Below, in pieces: positions 29,629-38,601 of a stretch of DNA of 63,397 nt. Position 1 is the stretch's first letter; each line of letters opens with the position of its first letter. Source of the stretch: Thermoproteota archaeon (GTDB taxonomy: Archaea; Asgardarchaeota; Njordarchaeia; Njordarchaeales; Panguiarchaeaceae); assembly GCA_024720975.1 (NCBI GenBank), contig JANJXX010000001.1:1-63397 (forward strand). The letters run 5' to 3'. A program made the position numbers and the translations under genes. Under the pieces are notes generated by a model. The model worked only from the letters and a program-made list of their open reading frames with translations. It searched no databases and had not been told where the DNA came from.

Positions 29629-30819
29629 TTAACGGTAATACACAACCTTTTCTTCAAGCAGTTCTCTTATTTTCTCATCACTATATCCTAGCATCTGCAA
29701 GATTTCAAAGACATCCTGTCCAAGTTTCGGTGGCGCACTTTCTATCCTGGGCCTTTCCCCGCGAATTTTAAGTGGGGGTGCGAGCAATGGTACCTTCCTC
29801 CCCAAACCCTTGTGATAAACTTCTTGAACTATTCCGGAGCTAACTACATGCGCATCCTTGAATACTTCATCTAAAGAGAGTACAGGAGCATTTGGAACAT
29901 CGTAGCTATCTAATATTTTGACCCATTCGTCCCTACTTCTTAGCATGAACTTCTCTTCAAGAATCTTTATCAGTATTTCCCTGTTCTTTACTCTGTCAGG
30001 ATTTGTGCGAAATCTTGGATCATCTATTAACTCCTCCAAACCCAAAGCCTTACAAAAGTTAGCCCAGAATTTGTCATGGGTTACAGCCACAGCGATCCAC
30101 TTGCCATCCCTACATTTGAATGCTTGATAGGGTACTATTGAAGGATGTTCACTGTATCTGTATCTAGGTACTTTTCCAGTTAGTAAAAATGACTCCGCTA
30201 TATAGCTCAGTCCGAATATTGCTGAATCGAATAAGGAGACTTCTATATGCGCGCCCTCCCTTGTTAATGACCTGCTAACTAGCGCTGACAGAATTGCATT
30301 AGATGCAATCAAACCAGCTATCACATCGAAAAGAGCAAATGCTACTCTAATTGGTGGGTTGTTGTCTATTGTGTGAAGATCCATTAGACCACTCTTAGCT
30401 TGTACTAGTACATCATATAGTGGCCTAGATTCATAGGGGCTACCCGATCCAAAGCCTCTTATGCTGCAATATATTATGTCTGGCTTTATTTCCTTAAGCG
30501 TCTTGTAGTCTATACCAAGCTTCTCTGGGACTCCCTCTCTAAAGTTTTCAATGACCACATCGCTAATCTTGATAAGCTTATAGACGATTTCCCTACCTTT
30601 ATCCTTCTTTAAATCTATGGCTATCGACTTCTTATTCCTGTTAAAACTCATGAAATACCCACTTTCGCCGTCTATGATTGGAGCCCAGTATCTCGTTTCG
30701 TCTCCCTCAGGAGGCTCTATCTTAATGACTTCAGCTCCTAAATCAGCTAACATCATTGACGCAAGGGGACCTACCAAGACTCTAGAGAAGTCAAGCACTC
30801 TGATACCCTTCAAAAACAT
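29629..30819 (-). CDS. CoA-transferase family III (CaiB/BaiF)
   Basis: LKGIRVLDFSRVLVGP, LADLGAEVIKIE, NRNKKSI, ENFR; start moved to ATG 30819. Confidence 0.92.
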   Translation of the reverse strand: MFLKGIRVLDFSRVLVGPLASMMLADLGAEVIKIEPPEGDETRYWAPIIDGESGYFMSFNRNKKSIAIDLKKDKGREIVYKLIKISDVVIENFREGVPEKLGIDYKTLKEIKPDIIYCSIRGFGSGSPYESRPLYDVLVQAKSGLMDLHTIDNNPPIRVAFALFDVIAGLIASNAILSALVSRSLTREGAHIEVSLFDSAIFGLSYIAESFLLTGKVPRYRYSEHPSIVPYQAFKCRDGKWIAVAVTHDKFWANFCKALGLEELIDDPRFRTNPDRVKNREILIKILEEKFMLRSRDEWVKILDSYDVPNAPVLSLDEVFKDAHVVSSGIVQEVYHKGLGRKVPLLAPPLKIRGERPRIESAPPKLGQDVFEILQMLGYSDEKIRELLEEKVVYYR

Positions 30820-30964
30820 ACCATCACACCTTAAGACTTCGACCATAGCTCTTTAGAGACGCCTTTAAATGAGTTTTGAAATTCCAATTTTATCAACATG
30901 AAGTTGGAAACCTTTACATTGGATCTAAAATCCATAGAATCTAAAGCACTCGTAGGAGGTACCT

Positions 30965-31882
30965 ATGTCAAAAGATTATGTTAGAACCGTCCTTAGAACC
31001 TACGCTAAGCGCTACTTCGACAACATCGCTGCCCTATCATTATGGCGAATGCGGTACCTTGATTTTTATGCGCCCCTGAGTAACAAATTTAACCTAGCTG
31101 TAATCCTATTTGATTTGACTCCTGACACTTTAGTTACATTGTTTGAGTTAAATGCTGATATTCAAAAGCTTCCGAACGTCAACGCTAGTGCTGAAGTATT
31201 TGACGCCAACAATTTTTTTGCAAGATATGCCAGAGGATTTCTACCCGAAGTCTACATTGTTAAGCATGGCGATTTCATTGAGGAAACTGATTTTTGCAAC
31301 GAGCTTAGAGGGAAGGATTATAAGTGCGATACGGAGGCTATAGATGAGACTATAGACCGAGCTTTTATATCATATGGAATCGCTCTCAATGAATTAATAC
31401 TAGGCGATTTCAAATCAGCTATTGAAAATATCGCATATTCCTTAGGTTATGCTACAATAGCACTTTATCAGCATGCCAAGGGGAAGGTTCCTGATACATT
31501 ATCTGATGTCATAGAATCTATGCCAAAGAATAAGAAAGAATTTATTGGCACGATTCTTGACAAAATCATTAATCTGATAAATCGCAGTGACTTGCCCAAA
31601 CACTTAGAGGATCTTATTGAAAAAGATCTTTATCCCTGTGAGAAACTGCAGGTAATGCTTCAAGATTATTACAGCAGAGAGCTCATTCTGTGGCAATATC
31701 AATTGCTAGGAATTGTTTGGAGGGAGATAAACGACAAGATGCTATCCATGGAGCTCTTTATCAGAAAGCTTCTAAAGAGCACAGAGGACCTACCCTACAT
31801 GCAGATTGAATTGAGAGGAACAAAACCTGTCCCTGTGCTGAGGATAAAGGGTCCCGAAGTCATAAGCTTGGAGCTAGCTTAA
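30965..31882 (+). CDS. Hypothetical protein, possibly a degenerate nucleotidyltransferase + HEPN-like fusion
   Basis: Strong GGAGGT RBS; the alpha/beta N-half and helical C-half (AIENIAYSLGYATIAL...GKVP) follow the MNT-HEPN layout, but the GS/DxD motif is absent. Confidence 0.5.
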   Translation: MSKDYVRTVLRTYAKRYFDNIAALSLWRMRYLDFYAPLSNKFNLAVILFDLTPDTLVTLFELNADIQKLPNVNASAEVFDANNFFARYARGFLPEVYIVKHGDFIEETDFCNELRGKDYKCDTEAIDETIDRAFISYGIALNELILGDFKSAIENIAYSLGYATIALYQHAKGKVPDTLSDVIESMPKNKKEFIGTILDKIINLINRSDLPKHLEDLIEKDLYPCEKLQVMLQDYYSRELILWQYQLLGIVWREINDKMLSMELFIRKLLKSTEDLPYMQIELRGTKPVPVLRIKGPEVISLELA

Positions 31883-31914
31883 GTCACTCGATATAACTTT
31901 AATTCTAATAATAA

Positions 31915-32646
31915 TTATAGGACGCCAGCCCTAAGTAGTGTGTCTTCATCTTGCAGCAATTCCCTTCCACCAATACGCAAGACTTTCTTTTCCTCTGAGA
32001 AAACGATTACTTTGTTCACAATATCATCCAAGTAGTGAGTTTCATGGGTAGAGACAACTAATGTGTTTTCATACGTTTTTAGGACATCTATAATTTTTCT
32101 CTTTGTCTTTCCATCAATGTTGTTCATGGGTTCATCTAGTAAAAGAAGCTTTGGTCTAAGCATAAGCACACAAGCCAAAGCCACGCGTTTCTTCTCTCCT
32201 CCACTTAACCTGAATGGTTGCTTTTCTAGAATATGCTCGATCTCAAATTCTTTAGCATATCTAATAGCCAAACTCATAGCCTCTTCATAACTCATTCCCA
32301 TGTTAATTGGTGTGTATAATAGTTCGTCCAGAACTGTTGGGTTAAAGAGAAAATCGTCTGGATTTTGGAATAGAATTCCCGTGTTTTTCCTGAAAAACTC
32401 ATAGTTTTCCTTTGATACATTCCTCCCAAATATTTTAAGCGTCCCACTTGTTGGCCTAAGGAGCCCGGCAAACAACATCAACAACGTAGACTTCCCACAC
32501 CCATTTGGCCCTATCAAAGCCACTTTTTCTCCTTCTTCAATAAACAAACTCGCATTATCTATTCCAACTGTTCCATCAGGATATACGTACCTCAGATTTT
32601 CAGCAAAAATGACGATCCTGCTAGAATCCACAGAATCATTATGCAT
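31915..32646 (-). CDS. cbiO: Ni/Co ECF transporter ATPase
   Basis: YVYPDG, GPNGCGKST, FQNPDD, LSGGEKKRVA, LLLDEP. Confidence 0.9.
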   Translation of the reverse strand: MHNDSVDSSRIVIFAENLRYVYPDGTVGIDNASLFIEEGEKVALIGPNGCGKSTLLMLFAGLLRPTSGTLKIFGRNVSKENYEFFRKNTGILFQNPDDFLFNPTVLDELLYTPINMGMSYEEAMSLAIRYAKEFEIEHILEKQPFRLSGGEKKRVALACVLMLRPKLLLLDEPMNNIDGKTKRKIIDVLKTYENTLVVSTHETHYLDDIVNKVIVFSEEKKVLRIGGRELLQDEDTLLRAGVL

Positions 32647-33365
32647 AGGGCACTCACCAAGAATAAGCCAGTGTTCAATCTTCTTGAAACTACTCTCATT
32701 GGTACAAACTTTCCGGAGAACCCCCTCGATATCATTGCTAGGCTTATCATTTCACTTCTCTCATAAACTCTTAGAAAGAATGGTCCAAGTATCTCAAAGG
32801 ATCCTTTCTTCCAGACTTCTCTACAACTCTTGTCCCTTTTACCAGGAATCCGCCTGCTCTCCCTGGCTAAAAGCATCCTGCTCAGTTCCTTAAATAGAGT
32901 AAATAACTGGATGCAAGTTAATGCTATGGTAGAAATTATAGTGTCAGGGACACGATAAAATTTTAACGTACTCAATAGATCACGAAGGGATGTTGTTAGA
33001 GAGAATAGAATTAGTAGAGATAACGAGATATAGACTTTCAGTGCGAAAGCTACTACGTAATATACAGATGATAAGAAGGCATGCGGAAGAACAATAAGAA
33101 GAGAAAAGAGTGTGAGTAAATATACTTTCTTAAGGTACAATCGTAGGCTAACTCCAGAGAGCAGATAAATAAGGAGAAATCCAGCCATAAGCACAAATAA
33201 CTGTCTAAGGTCTGTAGATAGCGTTACTGCAATAATAAGTGATGCTATTGTCGGAAGCTTTATTCTTGGATCAACATGCACCAGAAAGGATTTGACGTTC
33301 TCTTGAATAAAAAAATTTTCAAAGTAATTTGCAGCTGTCTTCAGCGTTTTATGTATTAGGTCCAT
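32592..33365 (-). CDS. cbiQ: Ni/Co ECF transporter T component
   Basis: VDPRIKL, ARESR, AMISRGF. Confidence 0.88.
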   Translation of the reverse strand: MDLIHKTLKTAANYFENFFIQENVKSFLVHVDPRIKLPTIASLIIAVTLSTDLRQLFVLMAGFLLIYLLSGVSLRLYLKKVYLLTLFSLLIVLPHAFLSSVYYVVAFALKVYISLSLLILFSLTTSLRDLLSTLKFYRVPDTIISTIALTCIQLFTLFKELSRMLLARESRRIPGKRDKSCREVWKKGSFEILGPFFLRVYERSEMISLAMISRGFSGKFVPMRVVSRRLNTGLFLVSALCIMILWILAGSSFLLKI

Positions 33366-33678
33366 TAGTTTTGCCTCTTAGCATTGCTTTAAGGATTAGC
33401 ACGATGAGGATTATCGTGACTAATGTTCCCACAACAGCAGATATTATCGTGCCTATGTACGGATCGACCCCCGGGATTGTGTAATCGGGGAATAATCCGT
33501 GATATAGTGGATTTTCTTCTGCGCCAAACTCCTCCGCTAAATTTTCTAGCGGCTCTGAATACCCAACAATCTCAGCGGCATAAGCAAATAATGGAGTAGC
33601 GACTATCAGGACTAATAAGATGATCAAAGAGCGCTTACTAAGATAACTTTTGATCTCTGATATTTTCATACGCGTCAC
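33349..33678 (-). CDS. PDGLE/NikN-like auxiliary component
   Basis: Two TM helices flanking EPLE...LFPDYTIPG; lies between the M and Q genes. Confidence 0.8.
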   Translation of the reverse strand: MTRMKISEIKSYLSKRSLIILLVLIVATPLFAYAAEIVGYSEPLENLAEEFGAEENPLYHGLFPDYTIPGVDPYIGTIISAVVGTLVTIILIVLILKAMLRGKTNGPNT

Positions 33679-34304
33679 CTCAGGTAGAGCAAATCAGGCC
33701 TATTTTTATACACATAGAAGACTACGCCAGCAGTTATTATTCCCTCAATAATTCCTAGAAGTCCATGCCATATGCCCATAACTGGGACTGTCACGTATAT
33801 AGAATACTTGAAAGCAGATGATATCCCTATTTCAACGCCAGCAAAGATCGCAGCGAGTGTTATTCCTGCCCAGCCAGCAGCAAATGAGGATATGTTTATT
33901 CCTCCATTGAGCTTTTGCCTTATAAATTTGTACACAAAATACGCCACGAAAACGTTAACTATTGCCATGTTCCATATATTTGCTCCGAGTGCAGTAATGC
34001 CACCATCACCAAAGAGCAAGCACTGCACTATTAGAACAGATGCCATTGCTATGCATCCCATATAGGGCCCAAGGAGTATTGCTGCAATTGCCCCACCAAC
34101 CAAATGCGCTGAAGTTCCTCCGGGTATCGGCCAGTTGAGCATTTGAGCTACGAATATCCCTCCAGCTACGATACCAATAAGTGGTATTTTCCTCCCATCT
34201 ATCTCAATCTTAGTGCGGGTTAAAACGTACCAAAGAATTGCAATAGAGAGCGCTATAAAAGTTATTGCGATATGGAGATCTAAATATCCATCGGGTATGT
34301 GCAA
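33675..34304 (-). CDS. cbiM: Ni/Co ECF S component CbiM/NikM (start TTG 34304 gives MHIPDG)
   Basis: HIPDGYL, AQMLNWPIPGGTSAHLVGG, FGDGGITALGAN, HGLLGIIEG. Confidence 0.92.
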   Translation of the reverse strand: MHIPDGYLDLHIAITFIALSIAILWYVLTRTKIEIDGRKIPLIGIVAGGIFVAQMLNWPIPGGTSAHLVGGAIAAILLGPYMGCIAMASVLIVQCLLFGDGGITALGANIWNMAIVNVFVAYFVYKFIRQKLNGGINISSFAAGWAGITLAAIFAGVEIGISSAFKYSIYVTVPVMGIWHGLLGIIEGIITAGVVFYVYKNRPDLLYLR

Positions 34305-34315
34305 GCCTAACACCT

Positions 34316-34341
34316 TGTTACCTTTTTTGAAATTGGTAACA
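34316..34341. promoter_or_regulatory. Candidate NikR-type operator TGTTACC-N12-GGTAACA
   Basis: Perfect 7-bp arms with an AT-rich spacer, lying between a TTTTAAAT box (about 34364-34371, minus strand) and the cbiM/nikM start. Confidence 0.55.
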
Positions 34342-34482
34342 CCATTTCATAAACTGGAAAATGATTTAAAAGAAGGAAGTATTTACACGAAGAGGTTGCT
34401 AACTGGAATTGTATTTGCGTACTAAATTATGTTTTAGATGCGAATCCATCTAAAGAGTGCCAGTTAGCTTTTCAGTGCATCT

Positions 34483-35907
34483 TTAGTGACCGCAGGATTC
34501 ATAATATTCTTGAACATAAAACCGTCTGTATTCAGGGTATAGTCCTTCTAGGCTATAGTATAAAACACCATTCAGGGGCTCTCTTGCACCTATTGAGGTT
34601 AGTATCGCTAGTGATGCAATTGCTATATTTGTGAAAATCACCGATGGTTGTATATTAAGACAGCTCTCGTTAATCTGAGGATCCATCTTTTCTCCGAGAT
34701 TAATCGAGTGGAATGGACAGTATGTCCTCAAAGGAAGATAAAATGTCTCATGACCATGAAGTAACTCTACACCTGCTGAAATAAGAGGTATTCTGTTTTC
34801 AGTGGCAAATCCAGCTATTTCTTTCCTTGCTGCCCATGTGTCCACACCCTCAATGATCAATGTCATATCCTTTAATTTATCCTTTATTTCCTCGAACCTT
34901 GCCTCCTCATACCTAACGAGAACATTATCATGAATCATTCCTTGAAAACGCTCTGCCATAACCTCAGCTTTGGATAGACCTATAGTGTCTCCCCAATAAA
35001 TTACCTGCCTGTTGAAATTTGTTTGATCAATTCTGTCTGGGTCTATGAATACTACTTCCCTTGTTTCTAACAACTTTAAATTGATCATTGTAGCAAGTTG
35101 TATCGCATAGAATGTACCCAAGGCTCCCGCACCGACCACTGCAATACTTTTGATTCTCTGAGGAGCCGCACGCAGTGGAGGAATGCCTCGGAAGGGAAAT
35201 GCTACTTCAAGTGCAGGTGTAAATTTCATATATGCTCCAAGATCTTCCTCAGTGAATCCACCCTGAATCTGCATTACTATTTCACCCAGTGAAAGTCCGC
35301 TAGCGAGTAGAAAGAGGTGCTCTATGGGTATCCTAGAGGTCGCCTGCCTTTGAACTCTCACGAAAATATCACTAACAACTCTTCTAATCTTGTTAGTACT
35401 TCTGTGCAGTATTTCGCTCAACGCATATAATTTCAATCCATCACAAAAGACGACAATATATGTAGGAACTTTTATCAAACTCCTCAATCTCCACGTGAAC
35501 AATTTTATATTCAGATTTGTTGATAGATCAAGCACTACTTTATTCTCTGACTCATCCTCGCTTATGACATTTTTTACCAGATTTAAAGCTGATTCCGACG
35601 CGAGGTTTATGTGTATAGAGTTAAGCTCAATACTGTAGTTGTCTAAGTATCTTCCAAAATGCTCTTCAACGAATTTTATGGTTTCTCTGAAGACATCACC
35701 GGAGGCGTTTTTAAATAGAATTTTAAAATCCCTAACCTGCCTCGATCCTATTATGTATATTCTGCCAAAGCCTACCGCAATAGCAGATATTAAACTAATG
35801 TACGAATAGGGGTCATTTGCTATTATGAATAAACTCGTCTTTTCGAGCTTTCTTTGGTCCCACCAACTCACTCTTAACTGTCTATCAAAAATCCCTATGC
35901 TCCCCAC
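34483..35907 (-). CDS. E1-like enzyme with an N-terminal inactive and a C-terminal active ThiF/MoeB adenylation domain
   Basis: N-domain FDRQLRVSWWDQRKL...AVGFGRIYII lacks GxGxxG. C-domain has VVGAGALG, IDPDRIDQTNFNRQ, GLSKA, GVDTWAAR and ESC. Start GTG 35907 follows GGGTGA (the ORF track uses 35922). Confidence 0.88.
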   Translation of the reverse strand: MGSIGIFDRQLRVSWWDQRKLEKTSLFIIANDPYSYISLISAIAVGFGRIYIIGSRQVRDFKILFKNASGDVFRETIKFVEEHFGRYLDNYSIELNSIHINLASESALNLVKNVISEDESENKVVLDLSTNLNIKLFTWRLRSLIKVPTYIVVFCDGLKLYALSEILHRSTNKIRRVVSDIFVRVQRQATSRIPIEHLFLLASGLSLGEIVMQIQGGFTEEDLGAYMKFTPALEVAFPFRGIPPLRAAPQRIKSIAVVGAGALGTFYAIQLATMINLKLLETREVVFIDPDRIDQTNFNRQVIYWGDTIGLSKAEVMAERFQGMIHDNVLVRYEEARFEEIKDKLKDMTLIIEGVDTWAARKEIAGFATENRIPLISAGVELLHGHETFYLPLRTYCPFHSINLGEKMDPQINESCLNIQPSVIFTNIAIASLAILTSIGAREPLNGVLYYSLEGLYPEYRRFYVQEYYESCGH

Positions 35908-35914
35908 TTGGAAT

Positions 35915-36724
35915 TCACCCAATTTTTACTTTCGATAGGATCTCATTTAAAAGCTCCCTATTGGCGAATATCGGATCCTCGTCAAGATCTCTAATGACTA
36001 TTTTTGCATCAACCTCATCGGAATTTCTTCCGTAAAGGAAAACCTTACCCTCTATTTGATCGTGATTATTTACGACAACACTTACTACGCAACGACGTGA
36101 TACTTTGATACTAGTAGTAAATATGGATATTGTTCCGAAGTATCCTCTGAGAACTTCTGGGAGGGCCTTTATTGTGTATAGGTGAGCATACCAAGTCGTA
36201 AAGAATACTTCATCATCTATTTCTTGGCGTAAGTTTAACTCTATACAGAGAGAGCCAAAGCATATTTTAAATCCTCGGAGCCCCTTATCTATTATGGGTT
36301 CTGCCCTGTACTCATTTAAAATTTCTGGGCCAAGCCTTTCGTACTCAATCACGGCCGGCAAGTACTCCCTCGGAAATGATTGGTAAATCATGTTTATATT
36401 CTCTAGATCGATGCGAGAATGGAAACACTTCAAGTCACCATGACTATGCCACATTCCCAACAGTATCCAGTTTTTGTTGTGCTTTCGAATTTCAACAAGC
36501 GCATCAGAAATTTCTAACATTCCCTCCGAAGGGATATATACATGCGTTGCCGAGGCCTCCTGGCGGGGCAAGTACATGTCTACTATTTGGAAATCTGGAT
36601 TATGATCACTTTGAAGTAATTTACCCAGAGCAAATGCATACCACTCTTTTTTAATTCTCCTGCAAAGTAACTTTGAGATCTCAAAAACTTTTCTCGATAC
36701 TGTTATTGTAAACACAATCCTCAA
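35915..36724 (-). CDS. JAB/MPN+ (JAMM) metallo-isopeptidase
   Basis: KEWYAFALG (catalytic Glu) and GMWHSHGDLKCFHSRID (HxH-x7-S-x2-D). Confidence 0.9.
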   Translation of the reverse strand: MRIVFTITVSRKVFEISKLLCRRIKKEWYAFALGKLLQSDHNPDFQIVDMYLPRQEASATHVYIPSEGMLEISDALVEIRKHNKNWILLGMWHSHGDLKCFHSRIDLENINMIYQSFPREYLPAVIEYERLGPEILNEYRAEPIIDKGLRGFKICFGSLCIELNLRQEIDDEVFFTTWYAHLYTIKALPEVLRGYFGTISIFTTSIKVSRRCVVSVVVNNHDQIEGKVFLYGRNSDEVDAKIVIRDLDEDPIFANRELLNEILSKVKIG

Positions 36725-38092
36725 CTACTCTAATATTTCTAATCCACGCCTCCTAAGCTCTTCCAGTTCTCTATTGCTAATGATAATTCTTACACCCGCT
36801 ACCCCGGCACATGAGGCGGCCGTTCTGTACGGAGTAGCACCAGGTTTATAACCATATCTGATAATTGCAAAGACTCTCTTTAAAACCTCTGCTAGCGCGT
36901 GCTCCGGGGACAGCACTGTAAATCCATCTATCTCCACTTTTTCTTTCTTTCTCTCTGCAATATCTTTTGCAGCTATTATAAGCTTATTAATAAAAGATTC
37001 GTCCCTGCCTAGACAAACATTTCTCTTTCCTTTATTTCCACGAACGGAGGGATGAGCATACTCGTCTAGCATTACGGGGACCTCTACGGGATAAACAACA
37101 AAATCTTCATCTGAAAGCTGCTTAACTTTCAGCTCGATGCAGACATCGGCAGATGGAAAGTACACATATGCACCCTCTTGCGATCCAAGATACTCTTTCA
37201 CGACATATTCACCAGTGCTTATGCATGCGTAAACACACCCCCCCTCACTCCTCAAGCGAATTTCCGTTTCGATGTTCCCAATATTTACTGGCATGGAAAT
37301 GAAACCCTTTTCTCTAAACTCTTTCGCGAGTACTCCCAGTAGTTGATCATGGGATAAAAATCCACTTTCAAGCTCCTTCTTTAACATCATTAAGTTTCTT
37401 AATTTCTCTAGCTCCAAATTGGCTGTCACTAAGAGATATAGCCAATTTAAGACTTCAGAGAGTCCTGCCACTGGTCTTTCAGAGTCCAAAGATACATATA
37501 CTCTGCTGATGGATACGGCATTAGCTGAATATTCTAGAAGTCCATCCTTACTTAAAACTCTTACCCTATTCTCAGAGGGTAGAATACGACTCACTAGGCT
37601 CCGATGACTTGTGCCTAAGTAAGCATTCGTAATTTCACCCTTTATTAGTTCAAGAACGCTCCCTAAGTGCTCTCTACTAACTCCGAGTTCCTTTATCAAT
37701 GCCTTCTTAGACACATCAACATTAAACCATCTTTTTAACATGTTGAGAAAGAATTCTATGTAAATCACATGCTTTGTCATCTCGACGAGTTCCATATTTA
37801 TGACGCTTCTTATACGCGCATTTAGGTTATCTAAGTATCTCCTAAGATATTCTTCAAGGTGAAGTAACCTGTAAATGAGCCTTACGAACTCAGAGATATA
37901 GATGGGTCCTGTTAGAAAAACTTCTCTAACAACCCTGTTGGGGTGTTCAAAAATCAGAACTTTCTCTGCTAGTGTCCTGGAAACAGACTGTATGTAAATA
38001 CCATCAGGAAGAAAAAAGAGTTCGCCCAGTTCCAGTAGGAATTCTTTAATTTTGTTCAGGTAATTCAACACGTCTCGGGAACTAACCAACAC
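36725..38092 (-). CDS. E2 (UBC-fold)-like protein with a long N-terminal helical extension
   Basis: YAHPSVRGNKGKRNVCLG resembles the E2 HPN-x(n)-[IV]CL motif; preceded by a beta-meander; lies between the Ubl and JAB genes. Confidence 0.7.
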   Translation of the reverse strand: MLVSSRDVLNYLNKIKEFLLELGELFFLPDGIYIQSVSRTLAEKVLIFEHPNRVVREVFLTGPIYISEFVRLIYRLLHLEEYLRRYLDNLNARIRSVINMELVEMTKHVIYIEFFLNMLKRWFNVDVSKKALIKELGVSREHLGSVLELIKGEITNAYLGTSHRSLVSRILPSENRVRVLSKDGLLEYSANAVSISRVYVSLDSERPVAGLSEVLNWLYLLVTANLELEKLRNLMMLKKELESGFLSHDQLLGVLAKEFREKGFISMPVNIGNIETEIRLRSEGGCVYACISTGEYVVKEYLGSQEGAYVYFPSADVCIELKVKQLSDEDFVVYPVEVPVMLDEYAHPSVRGNKGKRNVCLGRDESFINKLIIAAKDIAERKKEKVEIDGFTVLSPEHALAEVLKRVFAIIRYGYKPGATPYRTAASCAGVAGVRIIISNRELEELRRRGLEILE

Positions 38093-38504
38093 GACCCTCC
38101 TTCAAACAAGAGAGCTCTATCGTATAAATGAGTCCATAATCTGTATTTCTTTGCACCGGTTTTGTTATTTCGAGAATATTCATATCAAGAAATCCCTTAA
38201 CACTGAATCTCTTTGAGTCAATTCTAATGCTGAAATCTTCACCGCTAGCTATTCCGGCTTCCAGAAGGTTAATCTTATTTCTTAGATCATCTTCATATAT
38301 GTGTAACTCGCTTATAAATGGCAACATTGCCTCTAACACACCCTTAAGCTGTATGAGATTATTATAATTCCCTAGGAAATATTTTGCTTCCTCCAAAATA
38401 TCCTTCAACTTTAGGTTATTTGACTCGATCTTCTTTGCTGTTTCAGTCCTCGTTACCGGTATTGGCGTTCCGTTAACGATAAACACATATTTAGGTGCTA
38501 TCAT
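38082..38504 (-). CDS. Ubiquitin-like (beta-grasp) protein with a helical insertion, C-terminus ...KEGRVG
   Basis: Strand/helix pattern KYVFIVNG-TPIPVT-LKLKDILEEA-[insert]-FSIRID-KRF-LDMNILEI-YTIELS; terminal Gly; first gene of the E2-JAB-E1 operon; ATG 38504 follows GGTGG. Confidence 0.7.
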   Translation of the reverse strand: MIAPKYVFIVNGTPIPVTRTETAKKIESNNLKLKDILEEAKYFLGNYNNLIQLKGVLEAMLPFISELHIYEDDLRNKINLLEAGIASGEDFSIRIDSKRFSVKGFLDMNILEITKPVQRNTDYGLIYTIELSCLKEGRVG

Positions 38505-38601
38505 AAGAACCACCGCTGCCCAATGACTACTTTAAAGGAAATTGAAGAATAAAAATTCGGAAGAAATAAAAACACATAAAGACTTAGAATGTGTGGTTAT
38601 C

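Noticed and set aside
34483-35907. Ordinary MoeB/ThiF cofactor-biosynthesis enzyme
   Set aside because: Two-domain architecture, coupling to E2-like and JAB genes, and no MoaE/ThiG/rhodanese context; thiazole synthesis is covered by Thi4
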